DNA from: Phycisphaerales bacterium | GTDB lineage: Bacteria > Planctomycetota > Phycisphaerae > Phycisphaerales > UBA1924 | DNA: 64,000 nucleotides | Assembly: GCA_965227775.1 (NCBI GenBank) | Contig: OZ245777.1 | Coordinates: 640,001 to 704,000, forward strand | Direction of reading: 5' to 3' | Part shown: positions 50,631 to 59,744 of the stretch, in pieces | Layout: every line of letters begins with the position of its first letter | Position numbering within the stretch: position 1 is the stretch's first letter | Position numbers and translations under genes: made by a program | The notes under the pieces: model-generated | What the model was told of the DNA's origin: nothing | Seen by the model: only the letters and a program-made list of their open reading frames with translations | Database searches by the model: none

Positions 50631-51560
50631 TTAGCCGAAGCGGACCATGCGGGCAAACTGCTGGAAGCGCTCGTCGAGCTCGCTGGGCTTCAGGCTTGCC
50701 AAGCGATCGAGGCTAAACGACTCGATGTTGTAGCTCGCCACGATCGTGCCGTGCGCAACGGCTCGGTGGATGGCCTCGAACGACGTCGGATCGGCGCCCG
50801 CGTCGCCCTCGCGCGCCAGCGAGCCCATCATGCCCCCCGCGAAGCTATCGCCCGCGCCGGTTGGGTCCACCACTTCCTCGGTCGGGTACGCCGGGAGCGC
50901 CGCGATGCCGTCCTTATGCACGATGATGCAGCCGTGCTCGCCCTTCTTGACGACCACGAACTTCGGACCCATGTCGATAATCTGCCGTGCCGCGGCAACG
51001 GTGTTGCGCTTGCCGGTAAGCTGCTCAGCCTCTTCGAAGTTCAGCACCAGCCCATCGATCCTTTCGCACAGCTGCATGAGCTCGGGCTTGGCCGTATCGA
51101 TCCACAGGTCCATCGTGTCGGCGACGGCCAGCTGACGATCGCTGAGTTGCTCGAGCAGACCAAGCTGCACAGCCGGATGCGTGTTCGCGAGGAAGACGTA
51201 CCAGCTGTCGCGGAACTGATCGGGAACCACGGGCGGCTCTTCGGCCACGACACCAAGGTCGGTGTACAGCGTCTCGCGCTGGTCCATGTTGTCCATGTAC
51301 TTGCCGCCCCAGCGGAATGTCTTGGAGCCCTTGCGAACCTCAAGCCCGCTGTGGTCGACGCCCTCGAAGCGCTCCATCGTCTTACGAAGATCGTCGGGGA
51401 AGTCTTCTCCGACCGCCGCCACCACCCGCACGGGCTGGCAATAGAACGAGGCAGCCGCGGCAAAGTACGTACACGAACCGCCCAGCACGTTCTCCCGATG
51501 GCCGTGGTCGGGGGTGTACACGGTGTCGATACCAACGGTTCCGGTGACAATCAGGGGCAT
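50631..51560 (-). CDS. PfkB/ribokinase family sugar or nucleoside kinase
   Basis: LGGS..Y, VVKKGEHG, DPTGAGDSFAGG. Confidence 0.9.
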   Translation of the reverse strand: MPLIVTGTVGIDTVYTPDHGHRENVLGGSCTYFAAAASFYCQPVRVVAAVGEDFPDDLRKTMERFEGVDHSGLEVRKGSKTFRWGGKYMDNMDQRETLYTDLGVVAEEPPVVPDQFRDSWYVFLANTHPAVQLGLLEQLSDRQLAVADTMDLWIDTAKPELMQLCERIDGLVLNFEEAEQLTGKRNTVAAARQIIDMGPKFVVVKKGEHGCIIVHKDGIAALPAYPTEEVVDPTGAGDSFAGGMMGSLAREGDAGADPTSFEAIHRAVAHGTIVASYNIESFSLDRLASLKPSELDERFQQFARMVRFG

Positions 51561-51657
51561 GGACGGAGGGTAGGGCGAGCCCTCCCAGAAACAACCCACG
51601 GGCCGCTTCGCGTGGGAATCTCCAACGCCCTTGGGCAGCCCGCTACGCTCGCCCTCC

Positions 51658-52593
51658 ATGCCGCCCGCCGCGCCCACAACTTCACCGAGCACGAGCCCAA
51701 CCGCCGGCGTGGGCTTCGGCCTGCTGGCGTACTTCTGGTGGGGCAGCGTCGTGCCGATCTACATCAACGCGCTCACGCGCGGCGAGTGGGCCACGCCCGC
51801 CATCGAGCTCGTCGCGCAGCGCGTCATTTTCGGCATTCCTGTGTTGCTGCTGCTGCTTGCATTCACCGGCAGGCTGAATGAGCTCAAGGCGGCGCTTACC
51901 GAGCCCGCACGCCTGCGCGTTCTCCTGTTGAGTGCCGCGCTCATCGCCATCAATTGGTTTGCGTTCATTTACGCAGTCTCGACCAAGCGCCTCATCGACG
52001 CGAGCCTTGGCTACTACATCACGCCGCTGGTCTCGATCGCGCTGGGCGTCGTGCTCCTGGGCGAACGTCCGCGCAAGCCGCAGATCGTCGCGATCCTGCT
52101 GGCAGTCGCCTCGGTCGTCGTGCTCACAATCGATCGTGGCGGCCTGCCGTGGATCGCCGTTACCCTCGCGCTCAGCTTCGGGTTCTACGGGCTTGTCCGC
52201 AAGCGAGCTCAGACCAAGCCCGCGCCCGGCCTTTGCGTCGAGATGATCGCCATGCTGCCGGCGGCCATCGCCATATACGGGTGGCTCTTCGCCAACGGCA
52301 CCGAGCGGATCACCGAGGGGCCACCGCTACGCACCACCCTGATGCTCCTGGGCGGCGTCATGGTCACGGTGCCGCTCGTCGCGTTCGCCGCAGCGGCCCA
52401 CCGCCTGCGGCTCGCGACGCTCGGCATGCTGCAATACCTCGCGCCGACAGGCCAGTTCGTTCTTGCCATCGTCTATGGCCAGGAGCTCGACGCTATGACG
52501 CTGCTCGCGTTCGGCCTCATTTGGACGGCGCTCATGCTGTACAGCGCAGATGCCTGGCGCTGGGGCCAGAAGAACCGCAAGCCGGGCCGCTAG
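51658..52593 (+). CDS. rarD: EamA/DMT transporter RarD
   Basis: AYFWWG, LIAINW..F, ASLGYYITPL, GER, SFGFYGLVRK, LGMLQYLAPT. Confidence 0.9.
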   Translation: MPPAAPTTSPSTSPTAGVGFGLLAYFWWGSVVPIYINALTRGEWATPAIELVAQRVIFGIPVLLLLLAFTGRLNELKAALTEPARLRVLLLSAALIAINWFAFIYAVSTKRLIDASLGYYITPLVSIALGVVLLGERPRKPQIVAILLAVASVVVLTIDRGGLPWIAVTLALSFGFYGLVRKRAQTKPAPGLCVEMIAMLPAAIAIYGWLFANGTERITEGPPLRTTLMLLGGVMVTVPLVAFAAAAHRLRLATLGMLQYLAPTGQFVLAIVYGQELDAMTLLAFGLIWTALMLYSADAWRWGQKNRKPGR

Positions 52594-52596
52594 GAC

Positions 52597-54309
52597 TCAG
52601 CGAGACGCGTTGAGCATGCCAGGTCGCTGGAAGCTCTGATACGCCACATCCATAGCCCGGCGATAGATCCACGCCCTCTCGAATGCCTGCGGCTCACGTC
52701 GCGCCTCGGCAAGGCTCTGCTCGAGCCGCTCGGCAACACGGGCATCAAGATCGTCCTTGCCAAGCAGCAGCATCGACTGGATCGTCACCTCGTAGATCGC
52801 GGCGCATGCGGCGTGCTGGCCTGCATTGAACAGCGGCACGCCCCGGTCAACTGCCAACTCGTACAAGCTCGCGGCGCGGGCATCGAACGATCGAGCCGTC
52901 GCCTGCTCCGGCTCGGGCGACGACGGCAGCAGCACCGCATCGATCAGGTGCACAACGCCGTTCGCCGCCTGGATGTCGCTCGCAACGATGGAGGCGCCAT
53001 TGACCTGCAGCGCGCCATCCTCGATACCAAAGCCGATCACTTCGCCGGTCAGCGTCTGCGTCTTTCCTGCGCCCAGCAGGTCGCGAGCCTCCAACCGGCC
53101 CGGGACGACGTGCAGCGCGAGCACGCCCACGAGCTGCTGGCGGTTCTCCGGCCTGAGAAGGGCTTCAACCGCTCCATCAGGAAGTGCAGCAAAAGCACTG
53201 TTCACGGGCGCGAACACGGTCCACGGGCCGTTCTCCGGGCCGAGCTGATCGGCCAAACCAGCGGCCGTCACCGCCGTGACGAGCGTGCTCAGGTCGTCGG
53301 TCTCTGATGCGATCGTGGTAATTGGGCGAAGCTCGGGCAGCAGAACGCCATCGATGACGTGCACAAGGCCCCCGTCGAACGGCACGTCGGCCGCAACGAG
53401 CCCGGCCTCTCCGATCGTCGCGGCACCAGCGGCCCCGATGGAAACACTCTGGCCGTTCAGCGTCTCGATCGATCGCCGGCCAAGCACCTCCGAGGAGGAC
53501 AGCGTGCCCGCCGCCACGTGGTAGGCCAGGATCGCCCGCAACGTGTCGCGGGCTTCGGGCTTCAGCAGTGCCTCGACCTGTTCGGCCGGCAACGCCGCGA
53601 AGGCGTCGTTGGTCGGCGCGAAGATCGTCACGGGCTCATCCGGCAACGAGAGCTCCGCCGCTTCGACGAGTTGCAGCAACGTTGTGAGGCCCGCCCGTGT
53701 CGCGACCGAAGCCAGGTCTCGCCCTTGCTCGCGCTGCGACGCCTGCGACTCAGAGCCGTACGCGCGAATGGAACCCACCTCGAGCTGGAACGCGCCGGGG
53801 TTCTTATCCGAGAGGGAGAAGCCGATCGACTCGATGTTCGTTGGCGTGATCTCGGGCGCACTCGACACCAATCGGCCGAACGAGTACAGCCTGAAATCAT
53901 CGAGCGGGAGGCGAATGGTCTTCCACTCGCCCTTTGTCGTCTGGAAGTCCTGCTGGTACGCCCCGGCCATCATGCGCACGTTCGAAAGGCGGACATCGAA
54001 CTTGTACGTCCGGCCGTCTCCGCGCACCTCGATCTCGATGCCCTCGGCGCCTTCGAACGCCGCTCCGTCAACAGCCGTCCGCGCCTGGCTGAAGCCGCCG
54101 TTGTTCTCGAGCCTTAGGTCTCCACTGAAACGCATGACGCCCGACTGCGGTGACGAGATCCGGCCCGTCGACAAGCCACCCATGACGCCATCGACGACCG
54201 TTCGCCATCCGTCAACACCGCGGTCGAACTCCATCTCGAAGTCCTGCGCGAATACGGATGCCGACGTCACGCCGAGGGCCACGATTCCCGAAGCAAGTAA
54301 CTTGTTCAT
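52597..54309 (-). CDS. Secreted CIA30-domain plus tandem fasciclin (FAS1) protein
   Basis: Signal peptide; DGVMGG.S, ENNGGF, GDGRTY (CIA30); TIFAPTNDAF and TVFAPVNSAF, HVIDGVL and HLIDAVL (FAS1 x2). Confidence 0.88.
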   Translation of the reverse strand: MNKLLASGIVALGVTSASVFAQDFEMEFDRGVDGWRTVVDGVMGGLSTGRISSPQSGVMRFSGDLRLENNGGFSQARTAVDGAAFEGAEGIEIEVRGDGRTYKFDVRLSNVRMMAGAYQQDFQTTKGEWKTIRLPLDDFRLYSFGRLVSSAPEITPTNIESIGFSLSDKNPGAFQLEVGSIRAYGSESQASQREQGRDLASVATRAGLTTLLQLVEAAELSLPDEPVTIFAPTNDAFAALPAEQVEALLKPEARDTLRAILAYHVAAGTLSSSEVLGRRSIETLNGQSVSIGAAGAATIGEAGLVAADVPFDGGLVHVIDGVLLPELRPITTIASETDDLSTLVTAVTAAGLADQLGPENGPWTVFAPVNSAFAALPDGAVEALLRPENRQQLVGVLALHVVPGRLEARDLLGAGKTQTLTGEVIGFGIEDGALQVNGASIVASDIQAANGVVHLIDAVLLPSSPEPEQATARSFDARAASLYELAVDRGVPLFNAGQHAACAAIYEVTIQSMLLLGKDDLDARVAERLEQSLAEARREPQAFERAWIYRRAMDVAYQSFQRPGMLNASR

Positions 54310-54629
54310 CCCGCATCACTCCAGTCTGGCGAGCTTCCGACTCCCCACAAGGGCATCGGCTCCGCACGGGAGTGTCGCCAGCGGGATGACCGTCGGTCCG
54401 CCTTGCCGTCCGAGACACGGGACAATGAGCGAACGGATCGGGAATACGTGTATCGAGCGGCTTCCAAAGGGCCCTAGCGAGGGATCATGGCCCGCCATTG
54501 TGGACGAGTGTCAGAGAACGCGGCGCTGCAGTTGCCATCAGCCCAACAAGAAGCTCGCACCTTGAACGAGATATGGGACGCTCACATCTGCTGTGCAGTG
54601 GAGGTATCGCTTCGTTGATCGTGCCCGAC

Positions 54630-55460
54630 TCAGGCCTCTTCGTGGAACGCACCCGTGGAACGCCAGATGGACTCGAGCTGATCGATTCGTTCGCGTGCGC
54701 TCTTGCCGAGATCCGCAGCGACACGAGCAACAAGCAACTCGGCAGCCACGACCGCGGGAACAGAGCTGTCGAACGGTCCGACCGCGGGAACGCGCAGCTC
54801 GCACCAGTGCTGGGTGAGAGATGCCAGCGGTGAGAGCGGGCCATCGGTGATGGCGACGAGCGTGACTCCAAGGCTGGCAAGCGTGCGCGCGGCCATGACG
54901 GATCGGCGACGATAGCGGGCAAAATCGAAGACAACTGCGGCATCGCCCGATGAAGCCCCGCTGAGATCGCGCCCGATCGAGTGTTCGCTGACGAGGACGA
55001 CGTCGGCCCGGATCATGCTGAGTCCGCTCTGCAGCGCCCGTGCGCCCGCCATAGACGTTTCACCGGAGAGCACGTACACCCGACGCGCGCGGGCAATTGG
55101 CAAAGCCAACGCGTCAAGCTTGGATTCGTCGAACACCTCGAAGACCTGCTGGACCGCATCTGCGATGGCCGAGCGGGTGTCGTCCGATTCACTCGAGTGA
55201 CGCCGGATGCGCGCGCTCGGGCTCGAGAGTTGCTTCGACAGCCCGTCGCGGATCCACTCCTGCAAATCGGTGTATCCGGAGAATCCGAGCTTGGTCGCAA
55301 AGCGCACAATGGACGGCCGGCTCGTGCCCGCTCGCTCTGCGAGATCGGAAACCGTGCCAAACGCCAGCAGCGTCGGGTCGCCCGAAACCACCTCCGCGAT
55401 ACGACGTTCGGTAGGTGTCAGGCGGTCGCCAACGCCCGCGATGAGGTCCTGAACAGTCAT
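54630..55460 (-). CDS. MurR/RpiR family transcriptional regulator (HTH plus SIS)
   Basis: LTPTERRIA, SDLAERAGTS.PSIVRFA.KLGFSGY, VAITD..SPLA. Confidence 0.92.
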   Translation of the reverse strand: MTVQDLIAGVGDRLTPTERRIAEVVSGDPTLLAFGTVSDLAERAGTSRPSIVRFATKLGFSGYTDLQEWIRDGLSKQLSSPSARIRRHSSESDDTRSAIADAVQQVFEVFDESKLDALALPIARARRVYVLSGETSMAGARALQSGLSMIRADVVLVSEHSIGRDLSGASSGDAAVVFDFARYRRRSVMAARTLASLGVTLVAITDGPLSPLASLTQHWCELRVPAVGPFDSSVPAVVAAELLVARVAADLGKSARERIDQLESIWRSTGAFHEEA

Positions 55461-55495
55461 ACGGAGCGGCACCCTCGGTGATCGTGGTCATTCCG

Positions 55496-55532
55496 TTGCA
55501 ACTGGTCGTTCATACTGTACAATGCGTTACAG
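55496..55532 (+). promoter_or_regulatory. Sigma70-like promoter of the aminomutase operon, overlapped by a palindromic operator
   Basis: TTGCAA (55496-55501), 16-nt spacer, TACAAT (55518-55523); CTGTA-N8-TACAG (55515-55532). Confidence 0.55.
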
Positions 55533-55574
55533 CAATCGGCCACCCTTTCGTTCCTTATCCCGGAGCTCCAGCCC

Positions 55575-57044
55575 ATGATCCAAGAGCAGAGCCACGAGTA
55601 CGTTCCCACCGATCGCGAGAAGGCGTTCCTCGAGACAGTCGAGGACCCCCGCTACGAGCGTGGAATCATCAACGGGCTCAAGCCCTTCTTCGATGAGAAG
55701 GCCCCCGATGACATGCTCAACTTCTACGGTGGCGACGAGATCGTGGCGCTCCGGGTGCGCAAGGGCACCGAGCGAGACGTCGAGTCTCGAATGCCGGTCA
55801 AGATCACACGGCACTACTACGAGATCGCCAAGAACAGCGCGGCCATCCAGCGCATCGTCAAGGCCAGCCCCGACGAGACCGACAACCTGCAAGGCTCGGA
55901 GGATCCGGGCAACCAGATGGACTACAGCCCGGTCGAGGGATTGCTGCACAAGTACGAGATGGGCCTTATGTACGTCATCTCGACCTGCTCGGCTCACTGC
56001 CGCTTCTGCTACCGCGAGGAGTTGATCGCTCGCAAGGACGTCAAGCGAATCGACGGAACGGTCAAGAAGAAGGGCCTGGCCAAGATTTCAGAGATCATTC
56101 CGTACATCAAGAAGCACAACGCGATCGTTGCGGCCAACGGAGGCGTCCACCCCGACACCGGACGCGAGAAGCTCCGCGAGATCCTGCTCTCCGGTGGTGA
56201 TGCGATGGTGCTGAACAACGCCAAGCTCGCGGCTTGGTTTGCAGCGCTCGCCGAGGCTGGCGTCGAGACGATCCGCGTGGGTACAAAGGAGATGGCGTTC
56301 TACCCACAACGGTTCGACAAGACATTCTTCGATATGCTCGATCGGTTCCATGAGAACTACCCAGAGGTCGGCATGAACTTCATGCTCCACTTCGAGCACC
56401 CCGACGAGATCCTCGCCAAGGACGCCGACGGTAACTACATCGAAGACGAGAAGGGCTTCAAGCAGTGGATCCCGGCAACGGGCGAAGCGATGCGGAACCT
56501 GGTGAGCCGCGGCTGGCTGACGGTCCAGAACCAGGCCCCGATCATCAAGGGCATCAACGACGATGCCGACGCGCTTCGAATCCTGCAGCGTGAGTTCAAG
56601 CGCGCCGGCGGGGAGAACCACTACTTCTTCTGCGGTCGCGATATCGTGGCGTACAAGGCCTTCAACGTCCCGATCGAAACGGCCTGGCAGACCCTCAACA
56701 AATCGCAGATGGGTCTGTCCGGCGTCGAGAAGCACGCCCGCCTTTCGATCACGCACTACAAGGGCAAGACCGAAGTCGCATCGGTGACCAACGAGCCGAT
56801 TCCGGGCCTCAAGGGTGCGGAGAACGGCGTCGTGATCTTCAAGCTCCTGCGCAACTCGGGCGGAGCCAACGAGATCGGCAAGGTGTGCATCGTGGGCCGA
56901 AACCCCGAGGCACTGTGGTTCGATGACTACGAAGACCGCGTGCTCTTTGATGAGGCCGGCCTGTTCGACTACACCCGCACCAAGGCGCACGGTGACTCGG
57001 CGATGCCGGCTTCGATGCCGCAGATGACCGGACCCTGCGGATGA
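55575..57044 (+). CDS. KamA-family (lysine 2,3-aminomutase-like) radical SAM/PLP enzyme, divergent, substrate unknown
   Basis: EDP, GLLHKY, CSAHCRFCYR, LLSGGD, HFEHPDE, NQAPIIKGINDD, LSG, GK (putative PLP lysine). Confidence 0.88.
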   Translation: MIQEQSHEYVPTDREKAFLETVEDPRYERGIINGLKPFFDEKAPDDMLNFYGGDEIVALRVRKGTERDVESRMPVKITRHYYEIAKNSAAIQRIVKASPDETDNLQGSEDPGNQMDYSPVEGLLHKYEMGLMYVISTCSAHCRFCYREELIARKDVKRIDGTVKKKGLAKISEIIPYIKKHNAIVAANGGVHPDTGREKLREILLSGGDAMVLNNAKLAAWFAALAEAGVETIRVGTKEMAFYPQRFDKTFFDMLDRFHENYPEVGMNFMLHFEHPDEILAKDADGNYIEDEKGFKQWIPATGEAMRNLVSRGWLTVQNQAPIIKGINDDADALRILQREFKRAGGENHYFFCGRDIVAYKAFNVPIETAWQTLNKSQMGLSGVEKHARLSITHYKGKTEVASVTNEPIPGLKGAENGVVIFKLLRNSGGANEIGKVCIVGRNPEALWFDDYEDRVLFDEAGLFDYTRTKAHGDSAMPASMPQMTGPCG

Positions 57045-57751
57045 TCAACAAACGCGTCGGCAGCCCATCCGAGGCCGTCGCGGACGTGTTCGATGGCGCG
57101 GCGATCATGGTCGGCGGCTTCGGCGAGGCCGGCAGTCCGATCGAGCTCATCCATGCTCTGATCGATCAGGGCTCGAGCGATCTCACGGTCATCAGTAACA
57201 ACACCGGCAGTGGCGAAGTCGGGCTGGCCGCGCTGCTCAAGGCCGGCCGCGTCTCGAAGGTGATCTGCTCGTTCCCGAGGACGGCGAATTCGACCGTGTT
57301 CCCAGAGCTCTACCGGGCAGGGAAGACCGCGCTCGAGCTGGTCCCGCAAGGCACGCTCGCAGAGCGCATCCGCGCGGGAGGAGCCGGCATCCCTGCGTTC
57401 TACACGCCCGCGGCGGTCGGCACGCCGCTCGCCGAAGGGAAAGAGCAACGTACATTCGAAGGCCGCGACTACATCCTTGAGAGAGGACTTCGAGCCGACT
57501 TCGCGCTCATCAAGGCCAAGGCGGCCGACACGCACGGCAACACCATCTACAACAAGACCGCTCGCAACTTCGGCCCACCGATGGCAATGGCGAGCGACGT
57601 CGCCATCGTTCAGGCCGAGAGCATCGTTGAGCCGGGCATGATCGACCCGGAGATCGTGGTGTCGCCGGGCATCTTCGTCGATCGCGTGGTCGAAGTTGCC
57701 GCCCCCGCTCACGAATCGGAACTCGTTGCGGCCGGAGCCACCTACCCATGA
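57041..57751 (+). CDS. 3-oxoacid CoA-transferase subunit A (PcaI-like)
   Basis: MVGGFG..G.P, ISNN.G, ICSFPR, PQGTLAERIRAGGAGIPAFY, ARNFGP. Confidence 0.92.
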   Translation: MINKRVGSPSEAVADVFDGAAIMVGGFGEAGSPIELIHALIDQGSSDLTVISNNTGSGEVGLAALLKAGRVSKVICSFPRTANSTVFPELYRAGKTALELVPQGTLAERIRAGGAGIPAFYTPAAVGTPLAEGKEQRTFEGRDYILERGLRADFALIKAKAADTHGNTIYNKTARNFGPPMAMASDVAIVQAESIVEPGMIDPEIVVSPGIFVDRVVEVAAPAHESELVAAGATYP

Positions 57752-58410
57752 CGCAATCAGCGGCAACAGAACGGGTCGGACGCACGCGCGAGCAGATGGC
57801 AGAGCGTCTCGCCCATGACATCGCGGATGGCTCGTACGTCAATCTCGGCATCGGCATTCCAGAGCTCGTCGCGAAGTACGTCCCCGAAGGACGCGAGCTG
57901 GTGTATCACACCGAGAACGGCCTGCTCGGCATGGGCCCCTCGCCTGCTGAGGGAGAGGGCGATCCGGAGCTGATCAACGCCGGCAAGCGGCGGGTGACGG
58001 CAAACCCGGGTGCATCGTTCTTCCATCACGCCGACAGCTTTGCCATGATCAGGGGTGGCCACATCGACCTCTGCGTGCTCGGTGCACTCCAGGTTGCTGC
58101 CAATGGTGACCTGGCAAACTGGTCGACGGGAGCGGCCGACGCGATCCCGGCCGTTGGTGGTGCGATGGACCTCGTAGCGGGCGTCAAGAAGGTGTACGTA
58201 ATCACGCAGCACACCACCAAGACGGGCGAACCCAAGCTCGTCAAGCAGTGCACCTACCCCCTGACCGGCCTCGGCGTGATCGACCGCGTGTACACGGATC
58301 TGGCCGTCATCGACATCACGCCCGATGGATTCTGCCTCGTCGAGCTAAGCCCAGGCGTTGATTTCGACTTCGTACAAGAACGCACCGCAGCACCATTGCT
58401 CCAGCCATGA
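57748..58410 (+). CDS. 3-oxoacid CoA-transferase subunit B (PcaJ-like)
   Basis: VNLGIGIP, HTENG (catalytic Glu), INAGK, SFAMIRGGH, GDLANW, VGGAMDL. Confidence 0.92.
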   Translation: MTQSAATERVGRTREQMAERLAHDIADGSYVNLGIGIPELVAKYVPEGRELVYHTENGLLGMGPSPAEGEGDPELINAGKRRVTANPGASFFHHADSFAMIRGGHIDLCVLGALQVAANGDLANWSTGAADAIPAVGGAMDLVAGVKKVYVITQHTTKTGEPKLVKQCTYPLTGLGVIDRVYTDLAVIDITPDGFCLVELSPGVDFDFVQERTAAPLLQP

Positions 58411-59732
58411 CACAACACACAGCCAAAGCCACTCGAAGCGCCGAGCTCTTCGAGCGTGGTCAGCGGGTCATGCCGGGCGGCGTGAGCCGAAACACCGTGC
58501 TCCGAGCACCACACCCCGCATACGCCGACTTTGGGACGGGCTGCCGCGTCACCGATCTCGAAGGCGTCACGCGGATCGACTTCTCGAACAACATGTGCTC
58601 GCTCATCCACGGACACGCCGATCCCGACATCGTCCAGGCGGTGACCAATCAGCTTGCGCGTGGCAGCGCGTTCATGATGGCGACGGAAGCGGAGGTTGAA
58701 TACGCCGAGCACCTTTGCAGCAGGTCGCCTTCTTTCGAGAAACTCAGGTTCGTCAACTCGGGCACCGAAGCACTCATGGTCTGCCTGAAGGCCGCACGCG
58801 CGCACACGGGCCGGGCCAAGATCGCCAAGATAGAAGGGGCGTACCACGGCGGCTACGACTACGCCGAGGTCAGCCAGGCACCCAAGCCCGACCGCTGGGG
58901 CCACATCGATCGCCCCGAATCAGTGCCGCTGGTTCGCGGGACGCCGCGGTCGGCGCTCGACGATGTCGTGATCCTCCCGTTCAACGACGTGGCGCGTGCG
59001 ATTACGCGGCTCAACGAGCATGCCGATGAACTCGCGTGTGTACTCCTCGACCTGATGCCCCATCGCGTGGGGTTGAACCCGGTTGAAACTGAGTTTGTCG
59101 ACGCGATCGCGCAATGGGCATGCGACCACGGCGTGCTGCTTGTGCTCGACGAGGTCATCACGTACCGCTCCGAGTACGGCGGGCTCCAGACGCGGTACGA
59201 CCTTCGCCCGGATCTCACCGCGATCGGCAAGCTCATCGGTGGAGGCTTTCCCATCGGTGCCGTCGCTGGACGGGCCGAAGTGATGGACACGATGAATCCA
59301 CGCGGTGACAACTTCGTGTTTCCACATTCGGGCACGTTCTCGGCGAATCCCATCAGCACCGTCGCGGGCCTGACCGCTATGCGCAAGTTTGATGAACCGG
59401 CCGTACAGCGTCTGAATGCCCTCGCGGATCGCGCCAAGCGCGGCATTGCGGAGGCCATCGAACGGACGGGTGCTACTGCGTGTTTGACCGGCACGGGCTC
59501 GATGTTCCGTGTTCACATGAAGCCGTCCGCACCGCGCAACTACCGCGAGGCTCACACGACGCCCGAAGAGAACGCACGCCTGGCAGCAATGCTGGACCAC
59601 CTCTTCCAGGAAGGCTGCATCATGATCAACACGTGCACCGCCGTGCTTTCGACGCCCATGGGCGAAGCCGAGATCGACCACCTGGTGGCCGCGATGGAAT
59701 CCGGCCTCGCGAAGATCGCGTCGATGCCCTAG
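58407..59732 (+). CDS. Class III PLP aminotransferase (HemL/beta-transaminase-like)
   Basis: MPGGVSR, NSGTEA, EGAYHG, DEVIT, GKLIGGGFPIGA, HSGTFSANP. Confidence 0.9.
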   Translation: MTQHTAKATRSAELFERGQRVMPGGVSRNTVLRAPHPAYADFGTGCRVTDLEGVTRIDFSNNMCSLIHGHADPDIVQAVTNQLARGSAFMMATEAEVEYAEHLCSRSPSFEKLRFVNSGTEALMVCLKAARAHTGRAKIAKIEGAYHGGYDYAEVSQAPKPDRWGHIDRPESVPLVRGTPRSALDDVVILPFNDVARAITRLNEHADELACVLLDLMPHRVGLNPVETEFVDAIAQWACDHGVLLVLDEVITYRSEYGGLQTRYDLRPDLTAIGKLIGGGFPIGAVAGRAEVMDTMNPRGDNFVFPHSGTFSANPISTVAGLTAMRKFDEPAVQRLNALADRAKRGIAEAIERTGATACLTGTGSMFRVHMKPSAPRNYREAHTTPEENARLAAMLDHLFQEGCIMINTCTAVLSTPMGEAEIDHLVAAMESGLAKIASMP

Positions 59733-59744
59733 CCGATCGAGCGC

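Noticed and set aside
55575..57044. KamA-like gene as EpmB (EF-P beta-lysylation) or as part of classical lysine fermentation or osmolyte synthesis
   Set aside because: No efp/epmA, kamDE/kdd/kce/kal or ablB nearby, and the lysine-binding Asp positions appear substituted.
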